Origin: a virus
Lineage: Duplodnaviria; Heunggongvirae; Uroviricota; Caudoviricetes
Direction: 5' to 3' (one strand)
IMG/VR virus record: IMGVR_UViG_3300028887_000069
Coordinates: 116,898 to 180,897 of that record
DNA: 64,000 nucleotides
Shown: positions 38,240 to 47,179 of the stretch, piece after piece
How the letters are laid out: every line of letters starts with the position of its first letter
How positions within the stretch are numbered: position 1 is the stretch's first letter
Program-made: the position numbers and the translations under genes
Notes under the pieces: model-generated
Databases searched by the model: none
The model's input: only the letters and a program-made list of their open reading frames with translations
What the model was told of the DNA's origin: nothing

Positions 38240-39085
38240 ATGGGTGGCGGTTCATATTCATACTACAACGCTTCAATGAGAAGCCACAGCCTCCGCAGCT
38301 CATCCGTAAGCCGTGAGGAGATATTCCGCAACCGCTGCATGAACGAGGAGATGGACATCAAGGGTAAGACTCGTGAGTCTTGCGACAGCGAGGAACACCC
38401 TGAGTCCTTCCCCGTTATCATAGCACTCGACGTTACGGGCAGCATGGGAATGGTTCCCGAGAAACTTGTCAAGGAGGGATTCCCTGAGATAATGAAGAAA
38501 CTGATGGACGAGGGCATCGACAACCCGCAGGTCTGTTTCGTCGGCATAGGCGACTTTACCTGTGACAACGCCCCGATACAGGTCGGTCAGTTCGAGAGTT
38601 CGGATGAACTCACCGAGAAATGGCTCACCTCACTCTACCTTGAAGGAGGGGGAGGCGGCAACGGTTTTGAGACCTACAGTTTGGCATACTACTTCGCAGC
38701 CCGCCACACCAAGACCGACTAGTTAGACAAACGTGGCAAAAAAGGTGTGCTCATCACCATCGGTGACGACTGTTGCAACAAGGTCATATCCCAGAAAGTT
38801 GGGGAGGAACTGTTCGGAAACTGCGAAAACGATGTCCCGACAAGCGAAATCCTTAGCGAGGCTCTTCAGAAATGGGATGTGTACCACATCAACCTGAAAG
38901 ACTATCTCGGGTCGACAAGTGCGGTCATCAACTCATGGAAAGACCTGCTTGGCGAGAACGTCATCACCACCGAGAACGGCGACGGAAACGACATTTCCTC
39001 AATCATATCGGGACTTGTGCTGCGTTCGTTCAACGGTGACAGCGACAAGAAGAAACAGAACAACGTCATTGACGACGAAGACTGA
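38240..39085 (+). pseudogene. vWA-domain protein with one in-frame TAG
   Basis: MIDAS-like LDVTGSM; ORFs 38240-38722 and 38747-39085 share a frame: ARHTKTD*LDKRGKKGVLITIGDD. Confidence 0.75.
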
Positions 39086-39097
39086 TACAATCTTGGT

Positions 39098-39164
39098 TTA
39101 ACATTTTTTAAGAAAAAACCTCATTGTTATATGGGGTTTTTTGTTATCTTTGCAAACGTAAACC
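39098..39164 (+). promoter_or_regulatory. Repeated promoter module 10 (overlaps a terminator)
   Basis: TTAACA-N4-TTAAGA, TATCTTTG at 39145-39152, CAAACGTAAAC. Confidence 0.75.
39113..39142 (+). terminator. Intrinsic terminator inside promoter module
   Basis: AAAAAACCTCAT-TGTTAT-ATGGGGTTTTTT. Confidence 0.6.
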
Positions 39165-39179
39165 TAAAAAGATAATAAT

Positions 39180-39755
39180 ATGTACAAGTTCATCAAGATT
39201 AAACTCAGGAATTGGACAAAGGGACAATGGTATTTCCAACCTCAATCGGTCCAAGACATAAACGACTTCTTCGACACTGTTGTCCGAAGCGAGATACAGG
39301 ACGGCTTGCACGACGCCGAGGGGGGTCTGTTCCGAACGGGCGCAAGCCACTACACTACCGCTTGGGCGCGGGGCGTGGCGCTGTTTCAGACGCACGGCGG
39401 AGGTGTGGGTTGGGCGATGGCTTCAACCAACCTTGAAAACCAGACGTACCGAGACCGCATAGCGGATTACCTTGATGGCAAGGAACCCCTTTTCGCCAAC
39501 GGAATTCAGTGGCTTAACATGTCCTGCGTGGACGAGATACTCGAAGAGACCGAGAAGGACGAACTCGTGTTCCCCGCCGAGTACTCGATAGACAACGTGC
39601 GCTACATGCAGTGGGGACTCCCCAACAACAAGGGCAAGCATTGGTACGCCAAAATCGAGACAATGGACATACGTGACGAGGCGGGCAACATGAAGTGGGA
39701 CACGAGAAAGGAAGCCGAGGAAGCGGCGAAATGGTTTATTGAACACAAACTTTAG
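39180..39755 (+). CDS. Hypothetical protein
   Basis: 191-aa ORF after promoter. Confidence 0.75.
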   Translation: MYKFIKIKLRNWTKGQWYFQPQSVQDINDFFDTVVRSEIQDGLHDAEGGLFRTGASHYTTAWARGVALFQTHGGGVGWAMASTNLENQTYRDRIADYLDGKEPLFANGIQWLNMSCVDEILEETEKDELVFPAEYSIDNVRYMQWGLPNNKGKHWYAKIETMDIRDEAGNMKWDTRKEAEEAAKWFIEHKL

Positions 39756-39763
39756 GAAAACAT

Positions 39764-39994
39764 ATGAGAATTTACAGAGATGACACACAGGGTTCGTTTG
39801 CACCCGAGATAGGCGAGGAGTTCATCTGCGAGATAGGACTGAACAGGCTGCATCTCATTGCAGAGGAGAGCGAAAGGGGCACCGATTGCGAGTGTTGCCC
39901 GTTGGCTGCGCTTTGCAAGCCTGGTTTCGGGGTGAAGTGCCATTACATGACCCGTTCGGACAACAAGAACATCAAACTGAAACTAATCTTCTGA
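39764..39994 (+). CDS. Small Cys-rich protein
   Basis: DCECCPL..LC...C, resembles the family E N-module. Confidence 0.65.
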   Translation: MRIYRDDTQGSFAPEIGEEFICEIGLNRLHLIAEESERGTDCECCPLAALCKPGFGVKCHYMTRSDNKNIKLKLIF

Positions 39995-40539
39995 TGAGAA
40001 GACTGTATTGGACAAGGAACAGGTGCTTCAGGGAGGCAAAGAAATACAAGAGGATAACGGATTTCCGTTTCTTCGCCTCGGGTGCCTTCAGGTCAGCCTA
40101 CAAGAACGGATGGCTTGGGGACTACACATGGTTCAGGAAATACAAGAAGTGGACCAAGGAGGAATGCATGGACGTAGCCCTGAAATACCACACGAAGAAC
40201 GAGATGCGCAACAACAGTCCCGCCGCCTATTGGTTCGCATACAAGCGTGGGTGGGTCGACGAGTATTGGTGGTTCATCGATTGGGAAGTCGCCAAGGATG
40301 AGTGGGGAAAGGTTATCGGCTATGCGATAAGGGTGTATGCGGAGAAGGGGTTGGAGGCTTGTAAGGAAGAATGCAGGAAGAAGAGCGAGGACGAGACCCT
40401 TGGCGACGAAGTGAGGAAACTGTACAGGTACGTGGCGGACAGCAGCACCGAGAAATGGTTCTCATGGGCTAAGAAGAATTGGTATTACTATTACCCCGAA
40501 AAAAGATATTTTAAGAAAAAAGACAATGAAAAAGATTGA
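39994..40539 (+). CDS. Protein with two WT.E.C..A.KY...AY..A...GW repeats (homing-endonuclease-associated DNA-binding type)
   Basis: Repeat unit visible twice; ATG 39994. Confidence 0.6.
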   Translation: MRRLYWTRNRCFREAKKYKRITDFRFFASGAFRSAYKNGWLGDYTWFRKYKKWTKEECMDVALKYHTKNEMRNNSPAAYWFAYKRGWVDEYWWFIDWEVAKDEWGKVIGYAIRVYAEKGLEACKEECRKKSEDETLGDEVRKLYRYVADSSTEKWFSWAKKNWYYYYPEKRYFKKKDNEKD

Positions 40540-41089
40540 ATTTTATGCAGGCTGCAGTATTGACGAAGCCTACGAGATGCTGCTCAATGAAGCAAAGACA
40601 TGCGGTGAAGGCTGCTTTGGAACCTTCAACGGCAAGGAAATCCGTTCCACCGAGACGCTTGACGAGGTGTACACCAAACTGACGGGCAAGACAAAGGCTG
40701 AGTTTGACCGGGGACAGAAAGAATGGAAGGAAAAGTACGACAGGGAATTGGCAGAACACAACGAGAGAATTCCAGAGTATACCGAGAAATACCGTCAGGA
40801 GGCAAGAGGGCTTGTGCTTGACGAGGAGTTGGAGTATTGGGACAAAATCGTCCCCATTCGCCTCAATGACCTCTATCGTGGCATGGAACTCCGCAACACA
40901 CTTGACATTTGCCGCATAATGCGTGATGAGAGTATTGAGTACCCCGAGCGTCTGAAAATGGCATACAAACTGTTCATGGATGAAGGGCACAGTGGTATGT
41001 CGGCCGGACTCACTGCATCGATGATAAAGAGATTCTGTCCGCACGGCGAGGATGTGGCGGACGCTGTACTCAATTTCAGGTTTGAATAG
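40526..41089 (+). CDS. Conserved phage hypothetical protein
   Basis: 187-aa ORF, IVPIRLNDLYRGMEL...QGHSGMS-like motif. Confidence 0.75.
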   Translation: MKKIEFYAGCSIDEAYEMLLNEAKTCGEGCFGTFNGKEIRSTETLDEVYTKLTGKTKAEFDRGQKEWKEKYDRELAEHNERIPEYTEKYRQEARGLVLDEELEYWDKIVPIRLNDLYRGMELRNTLDICRIMRDESIEYPERLKMAYKLFMDEGHSGMSAGLTASMIKRFCPHGEDVADAVLNFRFE

Positions 41090-41091
41090 AG

Positions 41092-41280
41092 ATGGAAAGG
41101 ACTGTCACAAACATACTTGACCATTTCAGCACCGACGACTTTGTGTTGGAAGATGTCGGCACGGAATACCGTGGCGGAACGCTTGTCGTGTTCTATAAGG
41201 AATGGTATCTACCTATAGAAGAAGTTTTCCACCTGATTAACAGTGGGAAACGCATATCCTTAACAAACTTTAGGAAATAA
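41092..41280 (+). CDS. Small hypothetical protein
   Basis: 62-aa ORF. Confidence 0.55.
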   Translation: MERTVTNILDHFSTDDFVLEDVGTEYRGGTLVVFYKEWYLPIEEVFHLINSGKRISLTNFRK

Positions 41281-41326
41281 TATTTGTCTGTTTCAGACAT
41301 TCTTCCTATCTTTGCAAACGTAAACA
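41260..41326 (+). promoter_or_regulatory. Repeated promoter module 11
   Basis: TTAACA-N4-TTAGGA, TATTTG, TATCTTTG at 41307-41314, CAAACGTAAACA. Confidence 0.85.
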
Positions 41327-41337
41327 AATAAATTGAG

Positions 41338-41778
41338 ATGGAAATAAGGAACAAAAAGGTATACTTTGACTATTTCGTGGAAGACGAATACGTGGCGGGC
41401 ATCGTGCTTGTCGGCGGTGAGATTAAGAGTGTCCGCAAGGGTAACGCATCGATAGGTGAGGCATTCTGCTATGTTTCCCCCGAGGGTGAGATGATGCTCA
41501 AGGGTTCGTACATCAAACTGTACGAAAACGCAGGCTATATGAAATATGACGAGCATCGCCTTCGCAAACTTCTTCTCAAGAAGTCCGAGATAACAAAGAT
41601 AACCCGTTTCATGAAGGAACACAAGACAGGCTATACGATTATACCACTCTCGATGTTCATCAACGACAAGGGCTACTGCAAGGTGAAGATAGGCGTATGC
41701 AAGGGAAAGAAGAACTACGACAAGAGGGCAGCCATCAAGGAGAAGGACATTGACAGACAAACAAAGCGTGAGATATGA
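41338..41778 (+). CDS. smpB: SsrA-binding protein SmpB
   Basis: NKK.YFDYF...AGIVL.G.EIKSVR, RKLLL.K.EI, IIPL, GKK.YDKR. Confidence 0.92.
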   Translation: MEIRNKKVYFDYFVEDEYVAGIVLVGGEIKSVRKGNASIGEAFCYVSPEGEMMLKGSYIKLYENAGYMKYDEHRLRKLLLKKSEITKITRFMKEHKTGYTIIPLSMFINDKGYCKVKIGVCKGKKNYDKRAAIKEKDIDRQTKREI

Positions 41779-42044
41779 AGTACATGATTTCCTTTCTGAC
41801 AGACAACAAGTTTAACAACGGATATGTTGCGGGTATCCTGAGCAAGTACTGTAAGAATTATTACGGTCAAGTATCAGGTCTCATATTTTTTGAGTCCGAC
41901 ATCGGGATGGACACAATAAGGGACGGGTTGAATGCGAAGAATCTGGATTTTTTTCATTATAGTACCCCTAAGCAGATACAGTGGCAGACTCCCGAACAAA
42001 TATTGGGAATTTATGAAGGTTGGTACAGGTGGAAAGGAAATTGA
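41775..42044 (+). CDS. Hypothetical protein
   Basis: 89-aa ORF, ATGA overlap. Confidence 0.65.
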   Translation: MKYMISFLTDNKFNNGYVAGILSKYCKNYYGQVSGLIFFESDIGMDTIRDGLNAKNLDFFHYSTPKQIQWQTPEQILGIYEGWYRWKGN

Positions 42045-42098
42045 TAAGGTCGAGACAATCAACTATGACGATTTTTGTTCTTAAAATATACAAATAAC

Positions 42099-43070
42099 AT
42101 GAATACATATTTCAATTGGAACCTTGCACAGAGGTTTGTGAACGACTACAGACTCCCAATACCGATTATCAGCGCGGAGATTTTTAACTATCATCTGCGC
42201 CTGTATGAAAAAGAATACGGAGCACTGACCAAGTGGAACAAATTGCTGAATTTCATTGACAACAGGTATGACGGTAACACGATGAACACTCGTATAGAAC
42301 AGTTCCTAAAGGAGTTCTACGAAGTGCGTGAACGAATTATCACCGAAATCCCGCAGAAAGAGGCGTTCCAACGTTTCAACAATATGGACATGTCGGTCTT
42401 TCCTGTCAAGAAACTCACGCCCAAGTGTTCAAGTCTCTACAACGAGACAAACATAGGTAAATTCTTCATCTCCATAGACCTCACGAAGGGTAACTTCCAG
42501 GCGTTGAACTACGCCGATAAAGATATATTGGAAGCCGACACCTACGATGAATTCATACGAAAGTACACCGACATCTATTACATAGCGGAGAGCAAATATT
42601 TCCGACAGGTGATATTCGGGAAGATGAATCCCTCCCGCCATATCACTGTGGAGAAGCATATAATAGGGAAGGTTTATGACCTGTTTGTTCGGGAGTATGG
42701 AGAGAACATGCCTCTTGTAGTCTATAACTCGGATGAACTTGTATTCGAGTTTACTGATTCGGTGCCTGTGAACATTGAACATGCGGTTGAAGGAAAAGTC
42801 AAGAACGAACTTGGTATTAACGTGCACTGTGAAGTATTTTCGCTCAACGGCTATAATTTCTTCTCCGAGAGGGAACGTCACAAGAGGTGCACATATTTTG
42901 AGAAATACAGTCTTGGTTCAGAACTCATGTGCATTCCACTGCCCTACCATACGCTGATATACAAACTGCATAATGGTCTTGACCTCAATGAGAAGGATTA
43001 TCATTTCAACTATGAGAACATTGACTGCATATTCAACGACAATTTCTATATTCAAAAAATCCGAAAATAA
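42099..43070 (+). CDS. Hypothetical protein with polymerase-palm-like motifs
   Basis: SIDLTKGNFQAL, SKYFRQVIFG, YNSDELVF. Confidence 0.55.
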   Translation: MNTYFNWNLAQRFVNDYRLPIPIISAEIFNYHLRLYEKEYGALTKWNKLLNFIDNRYDGNTMNTRIEQFLKEFYEVRERIITEIPQKEAFQRFNNMDMSVFPVKKLTPKCSSLYNETNIGKFFISIDLTKGNFQALNYADKDILEADTYDEFIRKYTDIYYIAESKYFRQVIFGKMNPSRHITVEKHIIGKVYDLFVREYGENMPLVVYNSDELVFEFTDSVPVNIEHAVEGKVKNELGINVHCEVFSLNGYNFFSERERHKRCTYFEKYSLGSELMCIPLPYHTLIYKLHNGLDLNEKDYHFNYENIDCIFNDNFYIQKIRK

Positions 43071-43076
43071 CAGAAC

Positions 43077-43757
43077 ATGACAGAGTTTGAAAAATACGCC
43101 ACCAAGCATTGTGGCATCGGAAGCACCACGTATGGAAAATACAGTTCGGCGATAACTTCGTCGCTTACGCCATACATCATTGAGGAACGCCAACTCAACA
43201 TGACACAGATGGACGTGTTCTCACGCCTCATGGCTGACCGTATCATTTTCCTCGGCACGGAGATTGACGACCTAACCGCCAACATCATTCAGGCACAGTT
43301 GCTGTTCCTTGAATCGGTGGACTGTGAGAAAGACATATCAATCTATCTCAATTCACCTGGAGGCTCGGTGCATGCAGGTCTCGCCATCTATGACACCATG
43401 CAGATGATAAAGCCGAAAATCTCCACGATATGCACAGGACTCGCCGCTTCGATGGCTTCCGTACTCTTGTGTGCAGGTGAGAAGGGAATGCGTTTTGCCC
43501 TGCCCCACAGCCGTGTGATGATTCACCAACCGATGGGTGGTGCACACGGACAGGCTTCCGACATGGAAATCACAGTGCGTGAGATACAGAAACTAAAGAA
43601 GGAACTTTATGACATAATATCCCTCCACAGCGGAAAACCCTACGAGGAGGTCGAGAAGGATTCCGACCGTGACCATTGGCTGACCGCACAGGAGGCGATG
43701 GAATACGGAATGGTGGACGAGGTGCTTCATGCACGTTCTGAAAAAGTAAACAGATAA
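43077..43757 (+). CDS. clpP: ATP-dependent Clp protease proteolytic subunit
   Basis: YLNSPGGSV, GLAASMAS (catalytic Ser), MIHQP (His), DRDHW (Asp). Confidence 0.93.
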   Translation: MTEFEKYATKHCGIGSTTYGKYSSAITSSLTPYIIEERQLNMTQMDVFSRLMADRIIFLGTEIDDLTANIIQAQLLFLESVDCEKDISIYLNSPGGSVHAGLAIYDTMQMIKPKISTICTGLAASMASVLLCAGEKGMRFALPHSRVMIHQPMGGAHGQASDMEITVREIQKLKKELYDIISLHSGKPYEEVEKDSDRDHWLTAQEAMEYGMVDEVLHARSEKVNR

Positions 43758-43769
43758 TACCAAAAGGAT

Positions 43770-44618
43770 ATGAAACGGATTAATTTAGTAGACATTGGCA
43801 AGTCAGACATCAAGTATGAGATTTTCAGTTTCCCCGACGGTGAGAAACATATCAAACTCGAACCGTTCGACAGAAAGGATTTGTATGAGGTTGCGGTACG
43901 AATCAAATCGGGTGACGATTTGTTCCTCCTTGCACAAGTAGGCGACATCCTCAAACGGGCAGGTGTTTACTTCACCATCAAGATTTACTACCTGATGTCA
44001 ATGAGAATGGACCGTGTCATGACATACGAGGAGGCATTCTCGTTGGACATTGTGGCAAAAATCATTAACAGTATAGGGGCAAATTTCGTGCAGGTTTTCC
44101 ACCCGCATTCAAATACCGTCTACCGCCTTATTGATAATTGCCAAGCATATGACGAACCCGTTCTTGGTCAAGGCGGTTCATACGATGTAATTCTTGACAC
44201 CTATAAACCTCTTGAGACAACTTACTGCTATCCTGACGCAGGTGCTGCAGCACGTTACGGAAGGGGAGAAAAGGATAAAATCATCCTTTCAAAGAAAAGG
44301 GATATAAACAACAAGGGGGCAATCACGAATATGGAAATCTCCGAGTCCCCTGACAATGTGTGTAAAAACATCCTCATTGTAGATGACCTCTGCGACGGTG
44401 GCCGTACATTCGTTGAGGCTGCAAAGATTCTGCGTGAGAAATACAAGCCCGAAAGACTTGGCATCTTTGTCCGTCACCTCGTCAATCCATACGGTCAAAT
44501 GCAGCTGATTAACACGTTTGACGATGTATATGTAACCAATTCTTACGATGAATGGAATACAAACAGCATCATTACACCTGACTGTAAAAACTTCCACGTT
44601 ATAGACATTATCAAATGA
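43770..44618 (+). CDS. prs: Ribose-phosphate pyrophosphokinase-like protein (Prs/Adps-like)
   Basis: FPDGE, Y..S.RMDR, HPHS, PDAGA, K.RD, IVDDLCDGGRTF. Confidence 0.85.
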   Translation: MKRINLVDIGKSDIKYEIFSFPDGEKHIKLEPFDRKDLYEVAVRIKSGDDLFLLAQVGDILKRAGVYFTIKIYYLMSMRMDRVMTYEEAFSLDIVAKIINSIGANFVQVFHPHSNTVYRLIDNCQAYDEPVLGQGGSYDVILDTYKPLETTYCYPDAGAAARYGRGEKDKIILSKKRDINNKGAITNMEISESPDNVCKNILIVDDLCDGGRTFVEAAKILREKYKPERLGIFVRHLVNPYGQMQLINTFDDVYVTNSYDEWNTNSIITPDCKNFHVIDIIK

Positions 44619-45277
44619 GCAAGACTGATTCACTCCATTACCAACTCTGCGTCGAGGGCGGGAAGTGGCTCAAACGCAGCAAGCGCAACTACGAGAGGTG
44701 CAAGACCAAGCCTTGCCACGTTCCCGAACTCTGCCGTGTATGCACAAAGCACCGTATCGTCGCCGTGGAACTCGTGACGCTTACTGCCGAGAACTGCGAC
44801 GTGTGGGGCTACGACGGTTGGAACACGACGGTCATAGAGGTCAAGACCTCACACTCCGATTTCCTCCACGACATGAAAAAGACGGCGAGGAACATCGATG
44901 TAAAGTATCAGTTGGGTAATGTGCGGTGGTATCTATGCCCCGAGGGGATAATCAAGAAAGAAGAACTTCCCGAAGGGTGGGGACTGCTCTATTGGAACGG
45001 AAAAAAGATAACGCCGATAGCGGCTCCCGTAAGGAGAGAGGGTTGCACAGCCGACCTCCGTATGCTCTATAGCATAATGCTGCGCGAGGGGATGTGCGAC
45101 AAAATCTATAACTACCGAGGTGTGCCATCTACCATAAAGCCGCAGACGATTAACGGAATGCCCGCAGGGGAATACTACAAGAAGAAAAGGGGTGTGGGGT
45201 ACGAAAGCGTGGATGTGGAAAGCCAAGGGCTTTTCGAGTTCAAAGAGGAACACACCGTCTTTCCCGACAACATTTGA
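44615..45277 (+). CDS. PD-(D/E)XK nuclease-like protein (MmcB-like)
   Basis: CDVWGY..TTVIEVKTSHSDF.D..K...RWYLCP.GII...ELPEGWGLL. Confidence 0.65.
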   Translation: MSKTDSLHYQLCVEGGKWLKRSKRNYERCKTKPCHVPELCRVCTKHRIVAVELVTLTAENCDVWGYDGWNTTVIEVKTSHSDFLHDMKKTARNIDVKYQLGNVRWYLCPEGIIKKEELPEGWGLLYWNGKKITPIAAPVRREGCTADLRMLYSIMLREGMCDKIYNYRGVPSTIKPQTINGMPAGEYYKKKRGVGYESVDVESQGLFEFKEEHTVFPDNI

Positions 45278-45297
45278 CAAACAATAAAACGAATACT

Positions 45298-45495
45298 ATG
45301 GAAACAATTATCATTTTCATCCTTGGTGGATTGGCGTATGTTCTTGGCAATATTTGCATTTTGCAGAATGCAATCATCAAATCCCATTATCGGGACTTCG
45401 ATGAGGCGCAGAACAGGGTGTGGAAACTCCAAGACAAGTACGGCATCAACGACGAGGACATCCGAGGATGCTTTCATTTTGAAGACAAACAATAA
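45298..45495 (+). CDS. Small membrane protein
   Basis: N-terminal hydrophobic helix. Confidence 0.6.
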   Translation: METIIIFILGGLAYVLGNICILQNAIIKSHYRDFDEAQNRVWKLQDKYGINDEDIRGCFHFEDKQ

Positions 45496-45505
45496 AACTA
45501 ATACT

Positions 45506-46426
45506 ATGGAAGACACAACACAATGTACATCAATGGGTGAATACAAAGAGGTAAGTAAACAGATACTCCCCATAGACGGTCAGATACTTGGCAGGAATTC
45601 TGAAGTCAGACACAATACTGCAGATTGTGGAGATAGCATACTCTATCCTAGAGGCGATGGAAGCCTTATAATAAAGAGGATAGGCCCTATGCTCGGAAGC
45701 GACAAATGCAACATCGTCACCCTCGACATAAACGAGAACCTGATAAAACGCGATTACGATTACAGCTTCAGGAACATTGCTGCGCACGACTACCGCGACT
45801 GTCAGGCCCCTTCTGACAACAGCGAGGAGAAAGAAGGAGAAGTTGACTGCTGTTTCAATTACGCCATCACAGAGAAGATGTTCAAACTGTTCGACGAGGC
45901 GTACAGTGAGGCCCTTGACGAACTCAATATGTTCACCACAGAACTCGCTTTGGAATATTTTAAGGCAGCCTCGCCTAAAAACCAAGGAGCTTTCAAGTAC
46001 ATCCGCAGGAGGATATGCTCCGACGACCCAGTGTTGAACATCGGCACATGTCTGATGGAGTGGGGTGGTGAAAGCATGCTACTAATCAGGATTAGGAACC
46101 GAAAAGTGCAGTTAATTGATACGTCATCCATAGAATGGGAAGCCACAAGTTTCACAATCGCACCGCATATACTTGAATACAGGCAGAATGACACATTCAG
46201 CAGCTGTCTTATAGACGCTGAAATTGAAAATCCGCGTTTATTTGGACCAAAAAAATTTGTATTCTATGAGATAGACAGCGACGCTTTTGACCAGTTCGAG
46301 GCAATCTATTCAAAGAGCACAAAACGTATCCAGGAGCTCAGGGATATGACTGTGAACGAGATACACGTCATGGAATACAACCGACAGGTTCTGGAAAATA
46401 ACAGTAAAAAGGAGGAAAAGAAATGA
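45506..46426 (+). CDS. Hypothetical protein
   Basis: ATG 45506 within ORF 45323-46426. Confidence 0.7.
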   Translation: MEDTTQCTSMGEYKEVSKQILPIDGQILGRNSEVRHNTADCGDSILYPRGDGSLIIKRIGPMLGSDKCNIVTLDINENLIKRDYDYSFRNIAAHDYRDCQAPSDNSEEKEGEVDCCFNYAITEKMFKLFDEAYSEALDELNMFTTELALEYFKAASPKNQGAFKYIRRRICSDDPVLNIGTCLMEWGGESMLLIRIRNRKVQLIDTSSIEWEATSFTIAPHILEYRQNDTFSSCLIDAEIENPRLFGPKKFVFYEIDSDAFDQFEAIYSKSTKRIQELRDMTVNEIHVMEYNRQVLENNSKKEEKK

Positions 46427-46869
46427 TACAATTTAAAAAAGGCGATAAAGTTTGCCACAAATACGATGTAAATGGTCCGGTAGTTACGGTCATAGCTCTT
46501 GACAATGACAATCTTCACATGTCTATTCAATATAAAAATAATTATATTGAGTCACCCAAGCTTATAAGTGATTTTATATTAACGGACATCTCACTTGAAC
46601 GGTGGAAAGAAATGACCCCAGATGAGCAACTTGAGTACCTAAGACTTCACCCCGAACTTACTCGTCAGTGGGCAGTATCGTGGTTTGGAATTACGGAATC
46701 CGGTAAGCAATGTAGTGGGTGTGAAAGATTTGGAGCGGTTGAAACATTAATTGAACACAAAAACCCATCAAATGGTATTTTAGCTGAAAGTTTTTGTAGA
46801 ACTCTTAGGCTTAGGTCAACTAAAGGATACTTTAATTCAGTCACAATACTTAATTTTTGGGAGGTGTAA
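46423..46869 (+). CDS. Hypothetical protein
   Basis: 148-aa ORF, FKKGDKV N-terminus. Confidence 0.65.
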   Translation: MIQFKKGDKVCHKYDVNGPVVTVIALDNDNLHMSIQYKNNYIESPKLISDFILTDISLERWKEMTPDEQLEYLRLHPELTRQWAVSWFGITESGKQCSGCERFGAVETLIEHKNPSNGILAESFCRTLRLRSTKGYFNSVTILNFWEV

Positions 46870-46887
46870 CTAATAAACAGAAAAGAA

Positions 46888-47100
46888 ATGAATGAATATA
46901 TTATATTTGTTATTTGCATAATTGCTTATGGAATCATAGCAAGATGTACTCAATATATCTTATGGGATGAGGATACAAGAATAGAAGGACTCTGTGGCAA
47001 CTTCTTTACATTCATGTCAGTGATGTTACCAATGTTGTTTTGGCCCATCACATTCTTCTACCTTGGAATCAAATGGATAATAAAGAAAATTAAGAAATGA
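46888..47100 (+). CDS. Small membrane protein
   Basis: Two hydrophobic helices, LFWPITF. Confidence 0.6.
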   Translation: MNEYIIFVICIIAYGIIARCTQYILWDEDTRIEGLCGNFFTFMSVMLPMLFWPITFFYLGIKWIIKKIKK

Positions 47101-47179
47101 CATTTGAAATAATATTCGGATTGGCTATGTTGGCATTGCTGTATATTTGTATCGGCAATTCAAATATAGGAAAAAAGAA

